Below are positions 36,541-47,259 of a stretch of 47,259 nt of DNA, in pieces (the stretch's first letter is position 1; each line of letters starts with the position of its first letter). The DNA is from Octopus bimaculoides. Lineage: Eukaryota. The position numbers and the translations under genes were made by a program. The stretch spans positions 5,402,778-5,450,036 of the forward strand of contig NC_068995.1 of NCBI RefSeq assembly GCF_001194135.2. The letters are read 5' to 3'. The notes under the pieces are model-generated. The model was given only the letters and a program-made list of their open reading frames with translations, had not been told where the DNA came from and ran no database searches.

Positions 36541-37599
36541 AAAAAACATTAGCCTTGTGTCTAGTCAAATGAAATCGTTATAGATTTGATAATGTAAAAC
36601 TAAAGTAAGCTTATTATTGGTGAAGCGACGTAGGTCAGTGAGACGTGAAATTTAATTCTGATTCTATAAAACAACATACACACACACAAAAAACTACCAT
36701 TTATCTTTGGTGTGAAACCGAATGAAGAAGGACCAAGTGGCTTATAGTTAGCAAGATGGTGGCGGTGGTGGTTTGGCAGTGATGGTGATTTTAGTGGTTT
36801 GGTGGTGATGTGGTTGGGTTGTGGTTCACTGGTTGTAATAGAGGTGGCAGTAATGATGTTAGTGGTAGTATAGGTGATAGTAGTGGCATGGTGAGACGGT
36901 ATTAGTAGTAGTATGATTGCAACGTTACCGATGTTGTGATGTTTGTGGTAGTGGTGGTTAAAGTAGTAGTGCTAGAAGTGTTGTGGTGGTGTAGCGGCAG
37001 TAGTATTGTGGTATAATCGTTTGGCTGTTGGAGGCATTGTACTAGAGATGTCGTAGTGGATGATGTGTTAAAGAAGAGGAGGATTTTCAACTTTCCGAGT
37101 CTGTTTGACCGCCATTTTTCAGTAAAACTGACAAAAGTTGATTCAATTTAAAATTGCTGCTAGTTTAGCAAATATCTAAGAGAATGTGTTAAGTTAGACA
37201 TGTCTATGTATATATGTGTATGTATATATATATGTATGTACATGATTATATCTTTGTATGTATGCGTATATATGTTGTATTTCTTCTTATACTAAAAGGG
37301 TTAAGTTTGTAAGAAAGAAACAAAACTCCACCTCTGGAATTTAGTTATCAAGAACAATGAGAAGAAAGTTAGACTTTAGCTAAACGATACAATATGGTAA
37401 TAAGAAGAGTATAATGGTGTGTATAAGATGCAGTTTGGTAGATACGGTACGTAACCAGCTAAATGGTAAAAACAGAGACTAATGTAGTATTTGTAACTGG
37501 AATGACAGTGAGATGACAGTAAGTCTAAGGGCCAGGGTTGCGGTTTTCGAGTATTTCGATGCGTGTCACACTGGAAAATAGGGATATAAATGTTATGGG

Positions 37600-37805
37600 A
37601 TGTTATCTTCAGGCTCGATAGCAACAAGTCCTCCCAAATGGCAAGAATCTTCCTTAGTAGTCTTGTAAAATGCAGGATGGCGCTTTTCCGCCAGTCAATA
37701 ATATCTGTTCAATTTCCAGTATCCTTCAGCCTCTGAGATAACAGTTTTGATGCTGTGCCAAATGAACCAATTACCTCGGGAATAACTGTCATCTTAGTCT
37801 TCCAC
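37600..37805 (-). mobile_element. Short 3' fragment of RLE-type (R4/Dong-like) non-LTR element
   Basis: Minus strand WKTKMTVIPEVIGSFGTASKLLSQRLKDTGN*TDIIDWRKSAILHFTRLLRKIL resembles the conserved C-terminus (VIPVVIGALG...LQKSAILxTARILRKVL). Confidence 0.7.
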
Positions 37806-37878
37806 CTTCTTCTTCTTCTTCTTCTTCTTCTTCTTCTTCTTCTTCTTCTTCTTCTTCTTCTTCTTCTTCTTCTTCTTC
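37806..37878. repeat. (CTT)n microsatellite abutting the RLE-LINE fragment
   Basis: Direct read. Confidence 0.95.
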
Positions 37879-38783
37879 ACTACGATTGAGTAACCCAGTA
37901 TACTCTGTCACGTTATTTAACATGGAAGACTGAGGAGGAATTTGCTGCTATTTCCAGCATGTCTGTTTTTATGTTCTGCAGAAGGGTCATTGCTATTATT
38001 ATCCCATCAAAGATTACCATTAAATATCCACATTAAACAGATTATTACACATAATAGTTTCAATTAAATCTTTCCACCCCGTTGAAATGTTCAACAAATT
38101 AAATTAATGTTGTTATTGCTGTTTAGTCACTTATTAATCCTGAGATCAATAATAAATGCGTTCCAGTCATGACCATCTAATTTTATTTTCATATATTGTT
38201 CATCTAAAGAACCTCGTGCAATTCAGTATGTTTTTTATTTCCAAAGATAGTAGTGTGAAATTTTAGGAATATTTGGCTACTATTTCTAGCATGTCTAGTT
38301 GGTATGTGGAGCTTTATCAGTTGGCTCATAAAAAGACGAATTAATAGATAATTAAGAGATCACTGTTAAGTGATAGTAATTCAATCACTTATCCTAATCC
38401 GTTAATCTCTCATACAGATTAGTGTGAATCCAACAGATAAAAACTCCTGTAGCAAATTAAACTGTCTGATCATTGAAGACAATCTTGTTCCTAATATTTT
38501 ATTTAATTTAGCAAAACCACAGGTGTATTGTGCACATAAAGCTGTGTGGTCAAATGCAATTTGTTTTGCCCGAGCTATCAGGCATATAAAAATATGTTCT
38601 ATCCGATCAAAGTAATGTGGCTGGGCAATTCACATAATGAAATCGGTTGAATGACGAATCTCTCTCACATAAGATAACAACTGCTTGATTTTATTCCAAT
38701 GCTAGGGCCCTAAACCTGTGTAGCGTGTGGACAATCGCTTTTCGTAGATGTGTTTCTTGGACAGGCTAGGCTGGTGGAATTAC

Positions 38784-38891
38784 CGTACATATAGAGTTCA
38801 TCACGAACCGGCCATATTGTCCGCTGGCACAGCCACGGATGTCTATACATTGTCCATAATCTTCGGGCTGCACTAGTATCACACAACACTT
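38784..38891 (-). CDS. Candidate 108-nt exon (KCCVILVQPEDYGQCIDIRGCASGQYGRFVMNSICT or EVLCDTSAARRLWTMYRHPWLCQRTIWPVRDELYMY)
   Basis: GC-balanced unique island with TATTTTGTGTAG acceptor and ACG|GTAATT donor, length divisible by 3, and two open frames. No family recognised. Confidence 0.3.
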
Positions 38892-39244
38892 CTACACAAA
38901 ATATGCACGGAACATAATTACCATTCAATAACTTATCAGAACTTATACAGCACACACACTAAACGACTACTTTCAGATACTAGGACACATCACTGTCACA
39001 ACAAATGCGGAACATAATCACCACTCAACAAAATATACTAGACAGAAGATAGTTAAGTCAACACAACAGAAAAAAACATTAAAATAACACCAGAAATAGC
39101 TCTGCATGCCTTGCCACTAACTGAAACTAATGTTGTGTACAAATACAGCTCTAAAACAGTAAATTTCGATGCTGCACACACCTCAAGAACATAGAGGTGC
39201 ACTTTATGGTGCAGTAAAAACACACATTAAGCTGATAAAACAAG

Positions 39245-39246
<2 letters not shown>

Positions 39247-39287
<41 letters not shown>

Positions 39288-39290
39288 TTG

Positions 39291-39340
<50 letters not shown>
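39247..39340. repeat. (CTA)n microsatellite
   Basis: Direct read. Confidence 0.95.
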
Positions 39341-39341
<1 letters not shown>

Positions 39342-41157
39342 ATGATAATAAAAATATTAATAATAACAATAATACTAATAATAGTAATAACTATTTGAAA
39401 CCAATAATAATAATAATAATGATAATAATAATAATAATAGTGGTTGTAATTATAATTTTGGTCTATAATTAAAATATCCGGTTGAAATTTGTTGCAGAAG
39501 TAAAGTAAAACATCACAACAGCTTAATTTCCATTTCCCTTTGAATTTTTGACTCTGAGTTTTTGAAAAAATGTTTAATAGCTAACTTTTACCATTTCACT
39601 GCTCTTTGTTCTGTGATAAATTTCAAAAACAAAAACCATCTTCGTTTACCCACTTTAACACTCTTCTCAATTTATTAATAATGAATATATTTTACTACTC
39701 CAGCTTGCTTCGACCTCCACAAAAATCAATTATTTTCCTTTCATTCATTAATAATAAATCCAAAGATTTTAAAGATTACTTTTTTTTCTTTAAAAATTTT
39801 TCAAAATTTATTTTCGTTTCCCCTATATTCTAATTTTCCAAACATTTTATTTTAGTTATATTTGTTGTAGCTTAAATCTTTATTTTTCCTATATATATAT
39901 ATATATTTTATGATCAACATATAATCTTTTGTTTGTTTATTTTCTGTTTCATAGATATATTTATTAAAGTCCGCATTTAACCCTCTATCACAGATAATGC
40001 TTTATACAGTTCTTGATAAAGTTGGATCGGTTTTTATTTGGTTTCCTCGCTTTAATGTTTTCATATTTATTTCGCATACATCATTCATAAAATTTGCTTC
40101 TAATATTTTAAATGAGGCCTTTTTCCAGCACCTTTGTCCTTAATGAAATTTATAGTACTGCGCATATTTTTAATATCGGACACCTTTCCTCATTGTTTCA
40201 TGCGTATAAAAGAGGATTATGTGTATTTAGAAATAAAACTTCGTTTGGTGGCAATAGTTATACTTTATTATTGTATATATTTGGATGAAAGAGCATGTGT
40301 GTATCTATGTATGCTTCTCTTTCTCCGACTGTGTGCGTATCCGTTCACTGCGCTGTCGATAATAAAATATTAATCGTTCTCTCAGCTTTATGGCAAGCTA
40401 TCTTTTCCCTCATTAATTGTGTGTGTGCGTGTTTTGCGTGCATGCATCTATGAGTGTATGCATTTATGTATGTATGTAAATACATATTTATGTACGTGTG
40501 TGTAGAAAGGTTATTGAAAATAGAATTTCTCACAGTTTATGTACAACAACGCTTATTCTTTTGACATAAAAAGAGGGCAAATATAAAAACCAGATTCATA
40601 GACGCGGCAGAACCTCGGACAAACTAAATATGTGGTCTTTAGTTACGTCTAAATATATTTGTGAGTTCAAATCTCGCTCAAATGAACGTTATCTTTTATT
40701 CTTCTGAGGTTAATAAAATAGAGGAGTCATCGAACTATTGTGGAAACCTTAATCAGTTGTTTCCAGCCTTCTTCCAATTTTCTGTGTCTATATTAGCAGA
40801 AACATCTGTAAAATTATATGACTGATTGTGAAAATGCCTTTCCAACGTGGTTTTTGGTTTAAGATAATGAAATCCGGACAATATCAACAAACTGCTTAAG
40901 ACCCTTCCTAAAAACGCGATGAGGTTGTAAAAAGATGCTTTCATGCTGGTTATGGACGCTGGTAAAAGTCCCAATACAACCCAAGATCGTGATTGCAACA
41001 ACTTAACCACTAGGCCATGCGTCCTAGTGGACAGGGTATATATATATATATGCACATATATACATACATATGTGTACACATATAACTATGTGTGTATGCA
41101 GAAAAAATATAGTAGAGAGAGAAATAGAGGGAGAGACTGCAAGGAGAAGAAAAAGAC

Positions 41158-41276
<119 letters not shown>

Positions 41277-41461
41277 GTAAGAGTTGGTGCATAAAAAAAT
41301 CACAGAGGAATGAAATGTAGAGAGAATGGAAGGGCGAAAGTGAACGAGTGCAATGGAGAGTTGGTCTGATCGATATCAAAAAGAGAGAGAATGAACGAAT
41401 CATAAAATAGCGAGGCGCAGAGGGAGTGAGGAAGCTGAGTCACTTTTATTCTTTAGATAAA

Positions 41462-41506
<45 letters not shown>

Positions 41507-41693
41507 ACATGAACGTAGCAAATAAGAAAGGAAGAAACAAAATCAGAAAGATAAAGAAGGAAGAAAACCAAAACGGAATGAAGAGATCAGCAGCAGCCTC
41601 ATCAGGTACAGCAGCAAGAGCAACAACAACAACAAAGATGGTAACATTGTGTGTAAGAGGAGAGCACGAAGGCAGAGAATTCACCGTACGTCA

Positions 41694-41816
41694 CTAACCA
41701 CTAATAGTTAGCACTAAACCATAATGGCCAGCTTCAACGTTAAATAAGGGTTGGTTCATATAATTATTAACCAGCCGTTCCTTCAACTCCCACAAGAGTT
41801 CCGCCAGGGTCTTCAT
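41694..41816 (-). CDS. Candidate short ORF or first coding exon MKTLAELLWELKERLVNNYMNQPLFNVEAGHYGLVLTISG
   Basis: ACG-ATG start context (A at -3), 40 codons of complex sequence, and a possible donor AGTG|GTTAGT just before the stop. Confidence 0.2.
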   Translation of the reverse strand: MKTLAELLWELKERLVNNYMNQPLFNVEAGHYGLVLTISG

Positions 41817-42004
41817 CGTAACTGCTTATTAACTATTTTACACTTTTGAATGAAATCCAGAAAACTTTCCGATAATTCCTGTACTACCTCCAAAAACCAT
41901 AATTCAGTTTCATTAATATAAACACACACATACACGCACTCAAACGCACATACATACACATGAATATATACATACATACATACATACATACACACACATA
42001 TAAA

Positions 42005-42063
<59 letters not shown>

Positions 42064-42209
42064 GTGTGTTTATACAGGATTACATGTAATTACATGGATA
42101 TATATATACACATAACACAGATAAATAAATATATATATATATACAACACATATATATATATATATATGCATATATATACACACAGACGTATATATACACA
42201 CACAGACAA

Positions 42210-42240
<31 letters not shown>

Positions 42241-42483
42241 AATTAATATGCCAGTATATATACATACATACATCCTAATAAGCTATTGTATATATACATA
42301 TATACATACGTATGTATATATAAGTGCATATATATATATACACATGCATACATAAATACATATGGTGCTAATGTGAGCGTGGTGCTGATGCATATACAGA
42401 CACACAACTATGCGAAGAAATATACACACACAACCACATACACACAGCAACGTACGTATAAGTACACAGACACAGAAAGGAGA

Positions 42484-42517
<34 letters not shown>

Positions 42518-42949
42518 CATATATCTATATAAATAAATACATTACTACATTAACCACCACAATAATCTCCATCACCACCACTATCACTACACTGCCATAT
42601 CATGTCGATATCGCTACACATTGCCTAGACGTCACATTGCCTCGAATTGATGTTAGCTTGGCGGGAAGTAATACAACTGTCAATTCTTAATGGTACATCC
42701 TCTCGCTCCGACCTCTCTCTGTCTTTATACCAACACACTAATACGTACACACATATGTACGAGTATATGTGTGTGTAGGTATGTATGTATGTGCATATAC
42801 GTATATGTGCATATATATATGCATATACGTATATGTATTATATATGCATTTAGACATACGATAAATGCGTATACATATATTTAACATATTCGCGTTTACC
42901 TGTGCATATGAATATATGACGTCATACCATACGATGTACGTTATGTGCT

Positions 42950-42968
42950 CTCAGCTCCCTGGTGGCGT
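42950..42968 (-). promoter_or_regulatory. CTCF-like motif (CCACCAGGGAGC on the minus strand)
   Basis: GCTCCCTGGTGGC matches 12/13 of the core of the metazoan CTCF consensus (GCCCCCTGGTGGC) in a locally GC-rich patch. Confidence 0.35.
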
Positions 42969-43149
42969 CACCTGCGCGTCTAATACTTGGCGGAGTGCAT
43001 TACAAGTTCAGGTCTCAGCACAGCCGTTTTTTCCCCAGAAGAGTTAGAAAAAAATAAAGAATGGAGCCAGGTATAAGATGGGTACATTATTTCTTGACGT
43101 AGAAAGAATGAAAAGCAACATTAACATCGGTAGTGTTTGAACTCAGAGG

Positions 43150-43705
43150 GTTGAGAGTGGATTTGGTAGACGGAAACTGAAAGAAGCCCGTCGTGTATAT
43201 ATACAAACAATATATGAGTATATGCATATATATGTACATGTATGTACACACCTTCATCTACATGTACATATAGATACATATCTGGGTACATGACGTTGCA
43301 AATAAACATAGACAAAATGATAAACAAGGTACAAAAAACAAGCAGGCCACATAGAGAACATATCCTTCATCAGCTGCCACCATTAAAACACTGGCGTTTC
43401 GAAGAGTTAGGGCAGGACGCATCGTTAAAATGGCTCTTCCCACGAACACAAATTAATTTTTTTTTTCGTGGAGGATAGTGGCGGACGGAAAACAAGACAG
43501 GAAAACAAAACGGTGAAATAAACAAACAAAAAGGCTGTACAGCGATGTTTGTTTGAATGTATATATTTGTGTGTATGTGTGATTTTGTTCTCCAGCACCG
43601 CTTCACAACTGGTGTTGGTTTATATACGGTTCTGTAACTTAGCGGTTCGGCAAGAGACAAAGAGAATAAGCACCAGGCTTAAAAGGAAATTATAAGTACT
43701 GGTGT
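43150..43705 (+). mobile_element. SINE family A (5'-truncated), interrupted by another repeat inside its microsatellite
   Basis: Body GAGTGGATTTGGTAGACGGAAACTGAAAGAAGCCCGTCG at 43150-43193 and post-microsatellite half at about 43575-43705, with foreign sequence at about 43300-43545. Confidence 0.7.
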
Positions 43706-44231
43706 TGATTCGTTCTTGATTGCTATTGCCACTATCATTCCCAATTCTCTAAGGACAGAAAGCACCAGTCTTGTACAAAAGGAGGAATATAATTTTGATT
43801 ACATGGCATACGAAAGTAAGTTACCCTAAACAGGAGATTGTGGTGATGATGGATCATATGGTGTGGGACGTAAATGGAGTTAACTAAAATTCATAGATTT
43901 AATGCTAGCTCCCCACAAAAATTTACATTTCACCGGGTTAGGCCTGAGAGCATGATGGTTAATTAATATGATCTTATATTCTTGTGTCAATTAAATATTG
44001 GAGAAAGAGAGAGGGAGAGAGAGTGAAACAGGAACAGAACCGATAGTGGGACATTTGCCAGTTTCCTAAATTCGTTTCGATGTCATCTTATGAATTCAAT
44101 ATTGTGATACCTCAAAGGTGGGAAACGGGTCGATCTTACAGGAACGTGTATTGCAATGAATGGAACAATACAAAGAAAAAAAAGTAAGCTAAATAATACA
44201 AAACCGAAATATTTGATGGACAATAACATTA

Positions 44232-44263
<32 letters not shown>

Positions 44264-44639
44264 CCTACCTACCTACATATCTATATATCTACTTACGTAC
44301 ATATCTATATATCTACTTACGTACTTATCTATCAATCAATCCAGATGTGTGTATAGTATATATGCACGCACGCACGTACGCGCATGCGCACAAACACTCA
44401 CACACACACCACACCACACATGTATATAAACATACATGCTGGCACTCTATATAACTATCAGCATATGTTAACTCCGAAACCAGATACTGGCCATCCGTCG
44501 GTCAATGAGGGAGAACGGTTCGGAAAATTTACCGACTTGAACCAATATGGTCGGGCACCAGTGCTGTCGCAGACGTTACTGTCAGATCGCAAAGATCTGG
44601 AATAAATACACCAAAACATTGCATTTAACCTTTTTACAG

Positions 44640-44745
44640 TACCATCATCCTGAATTGGTACCTTTTTTTATCGACTTTGAAAGTATAAACGGCAAAGTTG
44701 GAGTTGGTGAGTTTTGAACTCTGAGCTCAGAGAAATAGAAGCTAA
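44640..44745 (-). mobile_element. SINE family B, diverged
   Basis: TGGTACC..TTATCGACTTTGAAAG..GGCAAAGTTG..TTTTGAACTC. Confidence 0.6.
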
Positions 44746-44759
44746 ATTCCACGCTTACA

Positions 44760-45410
44760 CCATTTGGTTGGTTTATTGGCAAAGATTCCCTTCAACCGTT
44801 TTCAACCTCATCCACATTGTTGAACCTCCGTCCGTGCCTCTCAAGAGACTTGGATCAGAAAACGTGGTAATCTGATTGTGCAAGGTCTGGACTGTAGGCA
44901 GGATGAGGCAGCACTTCCATCTCCTCAACTCCCTGAAATTTGTACTTGGTTACTTTGGTAGTGTGTGCAGGGATCTATCATGCTTGAAGAATGCGCATCT
45001 TCAATTGATAAATTCCTCGTAGCGAGTTTTCAAAGCATTATGTACACGCTGCAGTTGTTGAGCATAAAAATTAGCGTTCATAGCATGACCATCTGGGACA
45101 AGCCCAAAAGGGCAATACACTCACCACCACAAAAAAAAAAAAAAAAAAAAATTCCAGCAAACATACAACATGATCTTTCGTTCAAGTCACCCTTGTTTGA
45201 CAATAGGTTCTGAAGTTTGACGGTAAATAGATCCATTTTTCGTCCCCAGTTACACTTCGACGCCAATTACGAGCATCTCAACGATTTGCTAGACATTTTT
45301 TGCAAGTATTCAAACCACGTCGCATCCGGTCAATGGTCAGTGCACGAGGAGCTTCTCGACAACGTCTGGTCACAAGGCCGCGCTGATGAAGGTGTCAACT
45401 GATGGTGCTT
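44760..45410 (-). mobile_element. Degraded mariner transposase fossil, distinct from the 16-kb copy
   Basis: The minus strand gives VTGDEKWIY (first D), LVPDGHAMNANFYAQQLQRVHNALK...KHDR (second D) and EVLPHPAYSPDLAQSDYHVF (YSPDL and third D). Interrupted by stops and a 20-nt A/T run at about 45131-45150. Confidence 0.9.
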
Positions 45411-45925
45411 TGTAAAGGACTAAATTCTACCAACTATGTACGAGTGCTTGTACTTAGCTGTTGTTNNNNNNNNNNNNNNNNNNNNNNNNNNNNNNNNNNN
45501 NNNNNNNNNNNNNNNNNNNNNNNNNNNNNNNNNNNNNNNNNNNNNNNNNNNNNNNNNNNNNNNNNNNNNNNNNNNNNNNNNNNNNNNNNNNNNNNNNNNN
45601 NNNNNNNNNNNNNNNNNNNNNNNNNNNNNNNNNNNNNNNNNNNNNNNNNNNNNNNNNNNNNNNNNNNNNNNNNNNNNNNNNNNNNNNNNNNNNNNNNNNN
45701 NNNNNNNNNNNNNNNNNNNNNNNNNNNNNNNNNNNNNNNNNNNNNNNNNNNNNNNNNNNNNNNNNNNNNNNNNNNNNNNNNNNNNNNNNNNNNNNNNNNN
45801 NNNNNNNNNNNNNNNNNNNNNNNNNNNNNNNNNAAGGTGAAGGAAGTGGTCTCCGACAAGACTTAAGAGAACTATTTGGCAAATAAACAGTAGAAGATTT
45901 TGTGCTATATGCACACGTCATATCT

Positions 45926-45984
<59 letters not shown>

Positions 45985-46651
45985 AAGATGGGGTTGCCGA
46001 TGGACTCTGAAGCCATAAAGCGTGATAAAGAAAATTTCTCGTCGAAAAGATATGATCGATTCAGATGTTTACGTAGACCCTTCATCGTCCAATACAGACT
46101 CTACTTGTGGTACCATCGCACAAGGTCAACACCGACGAAGACTAATTCAAAAAGTATTACAAGTCTGTCATAGTCCCATTTCTCATGACGAATGAGAGCT
46201 TCGTCCTCAAAATATTGGATGTTCAAACTAGATGTCATTTGTTTTATGAAGATTAAAAAGATGCATAGCTTGTTCTACANNNNNNNNNNAAAGATGCATA
46301 GCTTGTTCTACAACACACCGGCGCATACATACATACATACATACATACATACATACATACATACATACATGTACATGTGTCTATATGTGTCTGCTTATGT
46401 ATAACTATATAAATCTGTTTATATTTTCCTACGAAGTACAATATATGTATACACATACATGCATGTATATCTGTGTATCTGTCTCTGTCTATATTTATCT
46501 ATAACATCATCTTGGCAACGTCGTCCAAAGTTTGGATGTGAAACAAGAATGAAATGGTCTCGTTTCGCAACATTCACGTATCAATAATTGTTTACATATA
46601 AACGTATAAATACATAAATTGAAATTTATATATACCACATACATACATACA

Positions 46652-46682
<31 letters not shown>

Positions 46683-46769
46683 NNNNNNNNNNATATATAT
46701 ATACACACGAATGTTTATCATATATATATATCTATATCATACACATACGTATATCATATATATGTATAC

Positions 46770-46810
<41 letters not shown>

Positions 46811-47169
46811 TCATATCAGTTACCAAGACATATGTAAGATTATTACATATTTATAGCATTTACAGATTTATAGCATTTACTGTTTGATTTAATGTAAAAT
46901 ATAAACAATGCTTAATCTAGATACACAAACACTCATACACACACAAACACACACACACACATATATGTACACATGCATACACACACATATATATATATAT
47001 ATTCATAAATACGTTTACATACATATATGAATACAAACATATATACACACATACATATTAACTTATAGATATACATTAATATACACTTAGACATATAAAC
47101 ATACGCATTTACATATAGGACAGAACTAGACGTGTGTTATCTTTTTCAAGAATATACATATTTATAGCT

Positions 47170-47187
47170 CTATCTATCTATCTACAC

Positions 47188-47253
<66 letters not shown>
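47170..47253. repeat. (ATCT)n tetranucleotide microsatellite
   Basis: Direct read. Confidence 0.95.
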
Positions 47254-47255
<2 letters not shown>

Positions 47256-47259
47256 GTCC

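Noticed and set aside
1065-38330. Apparent same-strand bias of repeat family C as a clue to host-gene orientation
   Set aside because: Opposite-orientation fragments exist (about 660 and 26590), family B is mixed, and numbers are too small.
38784-38891. RHPWL as a kinase subdomain XI motif
   Set aside because: The spacing from the invariant Arg is off and no other kinase exons are present.
43930-43950. TCACCGGG, a miR-36-family-like seed
   Set aside because: No precursor hairpin is visible.
46132-46160. CCGACGAAGACTAATTCAAAAAGTA as another hammerhead remnant
   Set aside because: Both boxes are altered and no stem I or II pairing remains, so it is too weak.
46258-46311. Direct repeat AAGATGCATAGCTTGTTCTACA on both sides of a 10-N gap
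   Set aside because: This is typical of an unmerged contig overlap, so it is likely an assembly artefact.

Overview
This is repeat-dense, AT-rich animal genomic DNA, most likely intronic or intergenic. The microsatellite load and recurring tRNA-headed SINE families resemble coleoid cephalopod (Octopus-type) sequence; that assignment is inference from sequence style, not a search. About 2.9 kb lies in 11 N-gaps, nearly all abutting microsatellites, so every ORF spanning Ns or simple repeats in the ORF track is an artefact. No complete host gene, tRNA, rRNA or CRISPR array is recognisable. Supportable elements: a CR1/L2-group LINE on the minus strand (7.3-8.3 kb) with a large internal deletion; two degraded mariner transposase fossils; two 3' fragments of an RLE-type (R4/Dong-like) non-LTR element; a probable 349-bp solo LTR; more than 20 SINE or short-repeat copies in several families; two minisatellites; and long purine/pyrimidine tracts. 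A few short unique segments have splice signals and are low-confidence candidate exons, the best at 15173-15262 (+). The most interesting signal is a set of decayed minimal hammerhead-ribozyme-like motifs in short repeats beside (TA)n/(CA)n tracts, which suggests Penelope-like or retrozyme-type families. All copies here carry core mutations.
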